This document shows, piece after piece, positions 12,300-23,916 of a stretch of DNA of 64,000 bases; positions within the stretch are counted from its first letter, which is position 1; the number at the start of each line of letters is the position of its first letter. The stretch spans positions 32,550,001-32,614,000 of the forward strand of contig NC_079167.1 of NCBI RefSeq assembly GCF_947568905.1. Direction: 5' to 3'. The DNA is from Ostrea edulis. Lineage: Eukaryota. Both the position numbers and the translations under genes were made by a program. A model generated the notes under the pieces. The model did not search any database and was not told where the DNA came from. It was given only the letters and a program-made list of their open reading frames with translations.

Positions 12300-13268
12300 A
12301 TGGCGGTGTTGCAAAAATGGCAGAATACAACACGCATTCCTTATGATTCTTTGATCGGAACTTTCTTTGTCGTGGAGTGTGTAATCGTCGGTCCCATCAT
12401 CCTTGGAAATCTCCTCATCATCATCAGCTTGCTAAGATTTCATCGTCTTCGTAAACGCATTTACATTCTGATTGGAAACCTTGCGGTGTCGGATCTCCTC
12501 ATTGGTCTCGTTTTCATTCCGTATGACCTCGTGTTTCTTTCAAATTTAGAACTTGCTCGTCAGAAGTATTTTTGCTTGATTCGCCACTCTTTGTCCGATA
12601 TGCTTCTCGGGGCATCCGTTATGAATCTTTTTGCTATTTCGTTCGAGCGGTATATGGCTGTCGTGCATCCTCTTAAGCACACCGTGATATGTTCCTGGCA
12701 GGCTATATCGATAATTGTCGTAGCTTCTTGGCTCTTGTCGATACTTCTAGCCTCGCTTCCAATTCTCGGCTGGAACCAATGGGAAGATAACATTCCATGT
12801 GATATTGAATTGATCTGGACTAAAGCATACAAGAGTATAATGTTCATATACTTTGCTTCATCTTTGATTGTGAACTTTTTTATGTATGTCAAAGTTGTGC
12901 GAACTGCTTGGAGACAGTTCAAAACCTGCGACAAGCCGACCCGGGGACCCAGTGACCGCACTAGAATAACCAACCGGTCCTACAGAAAGACCAAGATCAT
13001 GATTCTGCTGCTCGGGGCCTTCGCTATCTGTTGGGGTCCCTATCTGCTCCTCGTTATATTCGATGCATTATTCCTGGAAGACAGTAACACAGTGGCAACC
13101 GTCCGGAAATTTCTGTCAGTGATGGGTTTGGTAAACTCGGGACTCAATTGGATAATTTTTGGACTGAAAAACAAAGATTTCCGGAAAGCCTTCGCTTATC
13201 TGCTACGATGTGGAATTGGTGTGAGCGAAGACAGTCTGGCGGTATCTAGTTCAAACACACCAGTTTAA
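12300..13268 (+). CDS. Intronless class A (rhodopsin-like) GPCR, 322 aa, adenosine/melanocortin-like group
   Basis: Seven hydrophobic segments with GN (TM1), NLAVSDLL (TM2), FERY (TM3), SW..LP (TM4), CWGPY (TM6) and NSGLNWIIF (TM7), a helix-8-like KDFRKAF, an N-terminal NTT sequon and an in-frame stop just upstream of the ATG. Confidence 0.93.
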   Translation: MAVLQKWQNTTRIPYDSLIGTFFVVECVIVGPIILGNLLIIISLLRFHRLRKRIYILIGNLAVSDLLIGLVFIPYDLVFLSNLELARQKYFCLIRHSLSDMLLGASVMNLFAISFERYMAVVHPLKHTVICSWQAISIIVVASWLLSILLASLPILGWNQWEDNIPCDIELIWTKAYKSIMFIYFASSLIVNFFMYVKVVRTAWRQFKTCDKPTRGPSDRTRITNRSYRKTKIMILLLGAFAICWGPYLLLVIFDALFLEDSNTVATVRKFLSVMGLVNSGLNWIIFGLKNKDFRKAFAYLLRCGIGVSEDSLAVSSSNTPV

Positions 13269-14796
13269 TCCTGTTTAAACATTTCAATTTATAGACGGCT
13301 CGTATTTTGGTATGGTGCAGTGCGATTTGGATGTGAATTCCTTCTTTGATTACAACTGCAATACTGAAAATACTGGACAGGTGTATTTTGCAACTTGACT
13401 GAGTGTAGCTCGCGTTAAGATGTCTGTCCGTTGTACGTCATCATACAACGTCAGTTCCTTGTACAGTTCCACCATATACGTGAGGAAAAGGGTCATATAT
13501 GGCGCCCATTTTGAGAAGTCCTCGTGGACAATTTAATGTAGGTCATTATCTAATAACCCAGATCATGTCCATCTCAAAAGAAGTGCCAATTTTAACACGT
13601 GACATAGTCGAAGGTCACTGGAAGGTCGCAAAGTAGAATAAAAGTTTTAAAATGTCACTTTTGACCAAAAATTTGAAACATTTATTGCTTCTGAAAATAC
13701 AGAACACACGCTTGCCTACCTCTCAAACTACATGTAATATACACCAACATCAACTGCAGCTTAGGTGTAATAAAGTTAATAGGCAAACTATGAAAGCAAA
13801 ATATATGTGAAATTGTAAACAACATATACTAATATGCCGTTTTCTTCTGAAACCATAAATGTGCTAAAATCTATGACAATCTAGTGACTTTAAACGCTTA
13901 ACATTCATGATCACGATTATATATTTTTACTATTATATTGACATTAAAAGCTTTTACGGTTTTAGGTCCGTTTTGAGATTTAAGTGAAAGTGGGGGCCGC
14001 ATAGGGCCCTTATCCTACCTTACCCTTTGTTGGACAATGATTTCAACCTTTGAACTGAACTTCAGAACTTCTACGCGATGGTTGCGAGATGCGACGATGT
14101 TCTATAATGATGTCGTTAAAATATGTGTAACTTTGAGAAAAATAAATAAGGTAATTATGTTTATTTTAATGAATTAGAGAGAATGGTCTTTTGTCACTGT
14201 TTAGTAAATTGTTTAGCTTACTCTTCGCCATTGAATTAGCAATTGCATTAGAAGTAAGTATCTGAGAGATCCGTCCTTAATAAAGGTTCGGCATTATTGT
14301 ATGCACACAATATGTTTTAGTATATGACAGGATTTCGTAGTTTTCTGTCTGTAGGTGACTGCCATCATTGAAGTAATTAGCCTTTTCAGCAACAAATAGC
14401 GGCAAATAAATACTAATACTGGTCTGTATTGTTGCTGTTCGCTTACTGACAGAAGCATGCTTTTAATTGGACTGGTCGTCTAACAGATGTGGAGCTCCCA
14501 GTAAGGAGAATCACAGCACCGCCAGGCTTATTACTCAGGGGGATCATCACGGGCCTAAAATATGAAAATATCGATAGAATGAAACTCATTAGAAAAAATT
14601 CCCGACAAAGGAGCCTCTAAAGAGAACGTGAATTTCAGAGGCCTGATTGGACGGAAATATTATTCAAATTGTCAGGAACAGACCCCAAATCAAAATTACA
14701 ATACTGAGGTCTTCTTCTCTATCTGTCATTAGCCTTGAGCTTTCCTGATTCTGATAGAACACCAAAATTCGGACGTCGGAGTGATGTCGTAAAACA

Positions 14797-16730
14797 ATGG
14801 CTTATGTGACGACATGGCTGAGCATCACGGTCTTAATGTGGGGCACTATCTGGGACGCAGCAGGTATGATCATTTCTGTCGTCTTTTTATTATTATTATT
14901 ATTATTATTTTATTCTGTCACCATAGTTTTCCCCAATCTTGTTAAATTCTAAATTCGTCCAATGAAAATTCTTATCTTGTGCGGTGTTCCAAGTTCGAAG
15001 TATTCCATTTATACCAAGGAAATTGTTCAGTCTTGTTTGCATATATGATATTATATATTGTATGCATGGAGTTTTATGTTTGAAATTCAAACTTTACAAC
15101 AATTTGTACCCACCCGATAACGATATGCATCCTGATACTTCAAAAACAGTTGTGTTTTCACGTTTTTGAAAATATTAGCAGCAAAATCATTTGTACTTTT
15201 TTTAAATTGGATAGACACTCTTGTCATTTTGAAAAGTTTAGGTAAATTGTTACTTCTTTTTACTTAATTTGGGTTTATTAATCAAATCTGAAGAATTTTA
15301 TTCAAATGACGTTCAATCTAAGTTATTTATTTACGTATCGTATTCTTAAGAAATAAATTTTTGAAAATACCAGAGAGTCTGAACTGTAAAGCTTTCAAAA
15401 ACTGAAATTCATTTTGTATATTCTAATTTCATTTCTGTCGGAATTCCCAGTCATTAAAATAGACGTACTATATTTATCAATATTCATACGCACATTGTGC
15501 ACATCTACATCGCATTCATGAGGAAATGACCGTCATTACGGTAATGAAAACACATTGGCAATGTAAATATTAGCGTGTGAACTCTGTGTCCGGAGAGAAC
15601 ACGTCATCTATCGTAGCTTTCCTTAACAGACTACTCTAGAATATCAATTGTGCTGAAGGTAAATGTTTTCATTAATGTTTAAGGAGAATGATTAACAATA
15701 TCAATTGTACCTACTAGTATTTAAAAATGTTGAGCACAATTTGTTATAGTACATGGATTCTTGTTGTTCGATTTGTCTGGGGTTGTTTTGTCGCGTTTGT
15801 GTGTTAATATTTTGCATTTTTGCAATACATCAACCTCAAGACAATCAAAAGGCATACTTGTACTTGAATTTAAACCATTATCCTGTGAACACTATGTATT
15901 AAAATATTTGCAATTCACTTTTTTTAACAAAACATTCTCGATAACAACATTTTACAAGAAATTAAGACAGTGTGGCCGACTGGCGTGGAAACATCACGAC
16001 TCCATTGAATTTGAGATGGTCATATTTACTACATTAAAGTTAACTCTTTCTTTACCGTGTCTGTCAATTCCAGGGATGCATATCTTTCAGAGTTTTTACA
16101 AATGAAGTACTTATGATATCCATCACTGTTTAGGGAATTCTGTGTAATTTCTCTTAAAATTGAATTACTTTGTTCAATTAAGTATATTGCATTTTTGATG
16201 ATTACACACAGATCCGCGACATGGCGTTAATTTGATATATGAATATTTCAATTTAGTATTTCAAATAAATTGTCAAATACTGTCAAATTCGAAATCAGCA
16301 AATCGCAATATATTGCGTTCAGCTCTCAAAACAATACACAGTTACTGAAATAGTGATAACATTCACTATTCAAGAAACAATGGGCGCCTTATCCTTCGAA
16401 GATTTTTTTTTTTACCTATCTTTTACAGCCATTCCTTGCATCTCAGTGTATCTCCGTGTTTTTGTAAAGTCGTTGTTAACAGTTTATTTGTTCTAATGAT
16501 GCTTGGACATGACGGATCCAATTAAAACAAATATATGACTTCCTACGATAGGAAACCGCTCGTCAATAAAACGAAAATCACCTTTCTAGGCGATTTTCCG
16601 CCTTAGTACTCTCGACCATCATTTGTCGTGATTAAATCGGACCATTTCCCTGTTCTAAATATGAGCAGACTAGCTGTAAATTAAAAGGTAGAAGTGGTAA
16701 TTTGTATTGATTTGAATTATTCCCTTTGAG

Positions 16731-16782
<52 letters not shown>

Positions 16783-19700
16783 AATATACATTCCAGGGGC
16801 AGGAATTGTTTTGAAGTAGGATTGCTAACATTCTTTCAATTTTGAAAATGAACTGCGTCGTTTAATACGCCGGCACACTCTATGGGCGCTTCATGAAAAG
16901 AATGCTAGCGTGGAGTGTTGCTGTTCATACCATCAAGTATTTTCAAATATGAAATTTATTTTTTATATTTATACATTTTACTTTTATTCCTGTCAGAATT
17001 CCTAGCCGTTCAAATAGTCATACTATATTAATCAAGATTCATGCGAACACTGTTCACATTCATCAGGAAATGACTACCATTTCAATTTGTAGAGATATCG
17101 ACGGCAAAAATATAAAGGATTATAAATCTTAAATTATTCATAATCAAAAATGAAACAAATAAAAACAGAAAGGTTTCCATATCTGTACAATGAGAGGAAA
17201 CAAGCACATCACGTAACGAAAGTGACTTCCGGAGGACCATTTTCCATGTATATTTTAAACAAAACATCCCCCCCCCCAAAAAAAAAATCATCACATGATT
17301 ATAATTTTCCTTCAATGTTGATGAAATAAACAACATTAATTTTAGAGGTATCGGTTGTTGATGTCATCATTCTAATCTTATGACGAGCTATTTCAGATAA
17401 ACGAAAATTTTATCTCAAAATAAAATAAAAATTTTCGAAAATTATGTATTTTTATATAAAGGATACTAGTCTTGTCTAAAGATTGTCATATCTCTGTAAA
17501 ACATGATCAAAGAATTATTCTAAATTTATAAGAAGACAGTGTGCACATTTCTGAGATTGAATTGAATTCAGGGGATATTTTTTTTTAATTAATGAAGTAT
17601 ATAAGGAAAATGTTCTTTGGGGGAATCATTTGTGTCCAAGTAATGTACAATCTAATTACGATATAGTAGTGTAGCGATCGTAGGTGAGCAGACCAAAGGA
17701 TCTAATTTTAAGGTGTATGTTCTGAGTGATCCTGACCTTTACAAAATGACTTTGAGTGACCTGTGTCTGAAAGCCATTTACCTATTACTTATTTGTGTGA
17801 ATACCTGTTCAAAAATTGTTGAAATAAAACACTTCTTACTTATATAAGTTATATGTTCTGAGTGACCTTGACTTTTCCAAAATGACCTTGGTCCAAAAGT
17901 CTCTGCCTCAAGGAATATTTGTGTTAAATTATTATCAATGTCTGATGAAAGGTTTAGGAGATGGGAACTTTATATTAAAAACTGTTGAAATAAAGAACTT
18001 TTATATGTTTTGAATGACCTTGATTTTTCCAAAATGACCTTGAAAGGCCTTGGTCCCAAAGTCCTTGTCTCAATTTGTGATCAATTAAATCAAATTTGAT
18101 GATAGGCTTAGAAGATGTGAGCACGGACGGACGGACAGACTGCAACTATATGCTCCTCCGATCTTTTCGAGGAGCATAAAAAACGTAAAAGGAAACAGTC
18201 TTCCAATGGGATTTCCCCTTATAATAATAATATCTATACGGGGCCAAACTTTCTCACAAATCCACACTTACTTTTTGTACCAAGAGTGTCATTGTCTGTC
18301 CGCAGAATCTACAACACTATGCGCACAGTGCAACTCCAAACACGACAAGGATTGTGAGAGCGACCCGCCCAGCGCTTCCGACTGTCTGGAAAGGACGAGT
18401 AAAAGAAATGGCTGTCTGATTACCAGAATATACAGCGACGGTAAGAACATGAAAAAATAAAACGGTGTAACTTAGAGTGCATCGCGGACAGTAGATTGGG
18501 CACTTCTGCTGCCTTGCTTATGAACTAGCTTTACATGTACTAGTGACATGGTAGTTTCTATCTTAACGCAAGCAACGGCAAGTGTTTTCAGACCGCTGCA
18601 CGGTACATCTTGAGTTTAATAAAAACGAAACATGACACTACGATACAATAGATATAGGCCGTCTCCACATATTAATTAACAAAATTCTGTTTAATTATCG
18701 CTAGTTTTGTTTTGAACATCAAAAAAGAGGTGGTGGATCAGGCGTCTGTGTAAAAAAATAAAATAATTCTGTCCATTTCTCTGGAGTAAAATTTTGAAAG
18801 TTTCTCTGGCTTACAATTAAGTCAAGTTGTAGAATGAAATCTGTTAATCTGAATTCCAGCAAAACCAGTTATCGACTGAAAATTCCATAAACCATCGTTG
18901 CAAACCACGGCTGAAATGGAGAGGAGCGTACATTTCAGCCGTAGCTTGCGACGATGTCCATATACTAGCATAGTAGCAAATGACATCACTGAGAAACGTG
19001 CAGCAATCGTAACTACTCGGCTATTTCCGTAACCGCAAATGAACGGAAATTACCGGTTACGGAAAAGGACGAGCACGTGATCCGATTGAAACGTGCAACT
19101 GTGCAAAAGTTCTTCAGAATAGATTCCACTGTCTTTCTCTTTAAAATTTAGGCCACACCATTGTGACATCAATGTCACCCAAATGCCAGTTGTGGTCGAA
19201 ATAATTACAATTTTTCTATTAATATGATTAAATAATCTCACTGATTTGAAGAGAAAATGAGCTTTTAAGCTTATGAATTTTAAGATAATCTTAAAACATT
19301 ATCCAGATCCTTTAGGTCTAGATCATATGAAAATTTCAACATGGTTACTCTTGCTGATTAAGAAACGTGAAACGGCCAAATGGCCCTTGTACACTTGTGT
19401 TGGTAAATTAGGGTGATGCAAGGACTTCGAGAGGGACGATATACTAAGTTCTTAGAGTTCCGTGTATTTACATCTAAATTTCAGCAAACATGCAAGCTAG
19501 TTAAGGAGCACCACTCCGAGATAAAAAAAACGTTATTGTGTATGGAACTTGTCTTTAGGGACATAAATCTCCATTTTACGATTCACATAGATAGACTCGG
19601 AGACGAATTGATATGGAACCAGCACGAAAAACGTAGCTCACATAAAAACATTTAGCATATTGGTGACGAAACAAAATTTCTCCTCGCAAATGCAAATAGT

Positions 19701-20502
19701 CTTTTGTGCGTGTTATCACTGTGGACAATGCTTGAGAGAAAAAAAGTCCCCAATCTTTGGATCTACCATGACAGGTTCGTAACAGTAATTACCCGTGCAC
19801 GTAGCTACAATGTAGATGTAAACTTTTATTTCATTGGTGTTTTAAAAACTTTCATTCACTCAATCATCAGCGGATTGATACGAGTGTGCAGTGGACATGT
19901 TTTAGGAGCACTCGATCATTAGCGGAGTGATACGAGTGTGCGGTGGTCATTCGGTAGGTGCACTCAATCATTAGCGGAGTCCACAAGTGTGCAGGGGCCA
20001 TTAAATCCCAGGTCATCGAATTCACAACGAAGCAACAATTATGCCTTTAACGCTGCTAGATTGAACTTGTATAAATGTGGAAGGATACATCAAACTAATT
20101 GAATTTAATAATCTCATTCATTTGCCGAAGACGAAGTAAAAGCAGGAGTCATTTAGTTAGTGCACTCGGTCAGTAAACAGTCACATTTCATTTTCTGATG
20201 ATAATAACTTCTGGGTCCACGAGATAAACGTACGAAACAGTATTCTGAATCCAATATTTCTTTATGATTACATATTTATTGAACATATTCCAGGACAACA
20301 GAAGGCGTTCATTCGAAGCTGTTCCACTCTTGACCAAAATGTTCCAAGAGAAGGTTGTGTCAACGACACCTTGACGGGCAACAAGCAGAGAAAATGTTAC
20401 GTCTTGTGTTTTGAGGACGGCTGTAACAAATCTGACGTCATTTCCGGATATTCGTTACTTGTAATTGTAATGGTAGTGCTGTTATCTTTATTTGTATCGT
20501 GA
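14797..20502 (+). CDS. Ly6/uPAR (three-finger, quiver/sleepless-like) GPI-anchored protein, 143 aa, 3 exons
   Basis: Exons 14797-14863, 18285-18440 and 20294-20502, joined by GT-AG phase-1 introns that keep frame. Protein: signal peptide MAYVTTWLSITVLMWGTIWDAA, then LCAQCNSKHDKDC...SDC...NGC...RSC...EGC...RKCYVLCFEDGCN (10 Cys in the LU domain, terminal CN), then the hydrophobic tail YSLLVIVMVVLLSLFVS. AATAAA near 20637. Confidence 0.88.
15430..15560. repeat. Interspersed repeat family, copy 1 of 3 in window
   Basis: TTTCTGTCGGAATTCC(C/T)AG(T/C)C(A/G)TT(A/C)AAATA... recurs at ~16985-17070 and ~36515-36680. Confidence 0.7.
17630..18182 (+). mobile_element. Helentron/Pearl-like element in intron 1 of the Ly6 gene
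   Basis: Internal TGACCTTG-rich repeats, ACGGACGGACGGACAGAC microsatellite and 3' hairpin ATGCTCCTC...GAGGAGCATAAAAA. The 5' boundary is approximate. Confidence 0.65.
19857..20002. repeat. Three-copy 52-bp tandem repeat
   Basis: CACTC(A/G)ATCAT(C/T)AGCGGA... units start at 19857, 19909 and 19961. Confidence 0.85.
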
Positions 20503-21694
20503 CTAATCAGTGGACATGATTTATTGGGGGATATATGTTAACCGATAAGGGTGAAGACAAAAATTTGTTTCATATTTGATTTTCTTAGCCACAATTAACC
20601 AAAGTTAACTATACCATATTCAAAAATTCATAATGCAATAAAAAGTGTTTTGTGTACATGCTATTGCGCGGAGTATTTTGACTGGGTTTAAGCATTTGTC
20701 TTGCCAAGTTACAAGTCTTTCAGGCAATGTCGACATTATTTGATAGGTCGTGTAGATCTCTTTTGCCTCATGGTTCAGACCGACGGTCTGGCCCCGCCCC
20801 CGCCACTCCTTGACTACTCGATTAGGTTCAGACGTTGTTGGCGCAGAGAAATTTCTTTCAAAAAAGCTACATCGGTGTTAATTTGTAGAGATATCAAGAA
20901 ATTAAGGTATGCTGCAACTTTTCATTAATCCGGTATCATCAGTACTTACCGGTATCGCCTACAAGGGAACTCGCGTTACCTCCTGTCGATTTTTATAATA
21001 AGCGTTTTCAGGTTTGTCAAGGAAACGTTGATGGTTAACGCCCAATGACTTCAGGTACTGCAGTATTACAGTTCTGAGATCACGTGATTCATTTATTAAT
21101 ATACCAGACATCACAGTCATGTTTGTATCGTCACAGTCACTAATGTTGAGTCTACAATAATCCTTAGCTTAGTTTTCATTTTCATAAATGTCTAGGTTGC
21201 TTAAATTACTGGGGACCAAAAAAAATGAAAACGGAGTATTTCTGCAAAACCAATTGATTATACCGATTATGCAAATTACCCCCATGCTTCCATCATTTTT
21301 ATGCCACCGTAATGCAGACAAACTAGACATTTATTCCTTAAATTATATCAGTTCACTTAATCGTCCCTGTGTGGGAGATAAATATAAGTGAAAACGATTT
21401 TTAGTCACATAATTACTTCCTCTTTGTTTCTTGACGAGTTACAATAATTGCGTTTGGCAAATTTAGGATATTACGTTTTGAGAGGAAAGTAAACATTGGT
21501 GGTTTTGACTGGAAGCTACAAAGGATTTAGCTGAAATGAAAAATTTGCATGTAAAAATGAGTCTGGAAACTCATATATTATGCATATATGAACATATTTA
21601 CAACCACACTAGGAATATGAATCAATGTAAATGGACCGAGGTACGCGGCGGAGGAACAAGCTGTCTTATCGGACTTGGGACTAAGAAAACATGA

Positions 21695-22445
21695 ACTAGG
21701 AAGAATTACTTTAGCATGCTAACACTGATGTCTCCCCTTCCATTTTCCATAGTTTTTAAATGCATTTTTATAGTTCATCTTTAAATTGGAAAATTAAGAC
21801 ATGTGGTACATAACAGTCACCAAAATGTATATGTGCTTCGACCATATAGTAAATTAAACTTACCAACATACCAAATATCAAAGGCCTGTATCAAAAGACA
21901 AAAGGTTATGGTTTGGACAAAACAGTTTCCCAAAATTCTATTATTTGATCTTTACATAATAGGTCAAGGTCATAGATAAATGGCACGCAACACTGTCTTG
22001 TTATGGTATACCCACATACCAAATATCAAAGGCCTAGATGTAAAAAGATATAACAAAGTTATGGTCCAGACAACGAAAATGTCCGAAAAAGCTATTATTT
22101 GACCTTTACATAAAACGTCAAGGTCAAAGGCCATACAAATTGCACGCAATACACTGTCTTATCATGGTATACCAACATACCAAATGCCTATGTCAAAAGA
22201 CAATAAAGGTATGGTCCAGAAAAAAAATGCCCAAAATATTCTACCATTTAACCTTTACATAAAAGGTCATAAAAATGGCACACGACACACTGTCTTATCA
22301 TGGTATACCCACATACCAAATATCGAAGGCCTATGTCAAAAAGACAAAAAAGTTATAATCCGGACAAACTTTGTACGAGAAGCAGAAAAAGAAGAATTCA
22401 CACTAAAACAAAATGACCCCCTTCTGGGAAGGGGAGACATAATTA
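21695..22445 (+). mobile_element. Helentron-like element with internal ~150-170 bp repeats
   Basis: AACTAGGAAG start, subterminal GATGTCTCCCC pairing with distal GGGGAGACAT, and repeated TGGTATACCCACATACCAAATATC...GGCCTATGTCAAAAGAC units. Confidence 0.65.
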
Positions 22446-23916
22446 ACAAACACCAAAGGATTTCTCTTGCTGTGGTTTCCAAATTGAGGAAAGTGATGCC
22501 ATTTGTCAATAACTTTACAATATAATTTCACATTTACGATTTATTTATATCTAACATGGATTAAGTCGTTTGTGTGATCTGTCTCCGATTTTTCCTTCGT
22601 AATATGGGTCATACCTATACGGACAAGAAAGTGTATATGAAGTATTGCATTCTGCTTGAACATTTTAGCAAGGAAAATAATTCCATACGTTCTGTATATA
22701 CTGATTTTGACTACGGATAACTCCGTTAACCTGATCAAGATAAAGGGCTCACGGCGGGTGTGACCGGTTGACATGGAATGCTTACTCCTCCTATAAGCAC
22801 GTGACCTCACCTGTGGTGTTTCCACGGATCCGTGTTTGCCTTACTCTTAATTTTGTATTCTTTCTAGGGTTTATGAGACTGGTCACTGTTTGTTATCTTT
22901 ACCTTTTCACATAACGTAAATATGAATTCTTGCATGAGGACTACTTTTTCCTTCCATCGATTTGCATGCGCAATAGATGATGTGATCAGTTAGACCAAAC
23001 GACCAATCAAAAAAAGCGATAGCAATCCGCTAAGAAAAGCAACCTTGTTTTTATTGTTAACCGCCAGGTCTACTGGTTCATCTTCATCGCATATCATGAC
23101 GTCATGTCTACAATGTTGTTTAGTGCTGCATGCATTTTCTAAGATCCTATCGTCGATGGAGGATAAATGTGGACTCGAGACTCTAGTAAGCAAAATTGTG
23201 CCAAGCATTCAATAGAAACAAAGTTGAGCAACGAAAATCATCGAATAAATGTATCGCGTGATATTACTCGCCTTCGTGAACATTGAGAGGAATGCTCTAA
23301 AGGTTAGGTGAGTAGAAATGGACCAAGATTCGGGTATATGAGATGGTAAAAAGCAGTCTGGGAATGTAGGTAACATCTAGTACAATAGACTCTTCAAGTG
23401 GACACCAGGTTTAACTGGTCCAGGACTGCTTTTACTGAGATTTACAAAGCGAAAATATCTTCGTACTTTCATTTTCAGTTAGCTTGACCGTGTGAGCAAC
23501 ATGGCTCCCGATTTTGCAGCATGAAACTTCATTTGATTAACCTATATTTTCTATACACTACATATGTCAATTTGAAAGTTTCGGTGGAGGGTAAGCTTAG
23601 ACCTAGACTTTGATATATGCGATAATTATGACTTGAACGGGGCATTAAAAAAGAAGTATTTGTTTCACATTTAATTTGAACAATGATCTTCACTCCTGAT
23701 TTGCAACTACATGTATACAGAGTCCAAATAAATGTGAAGATAGCGATATGTTTAATACTATATATAGTAATCTAACAACAATGGTATAACACGTTTACAA
23801 TGCGTATACGGACCAGGCTGTTCTTGGATTCCTGTGACTGGTAGTAAGATTTAGAACACCCGACATTCTCTCTCTCACTCACTCCACAATTTCTCAGACT
23901 AAAGTCAGGTCCTGAA

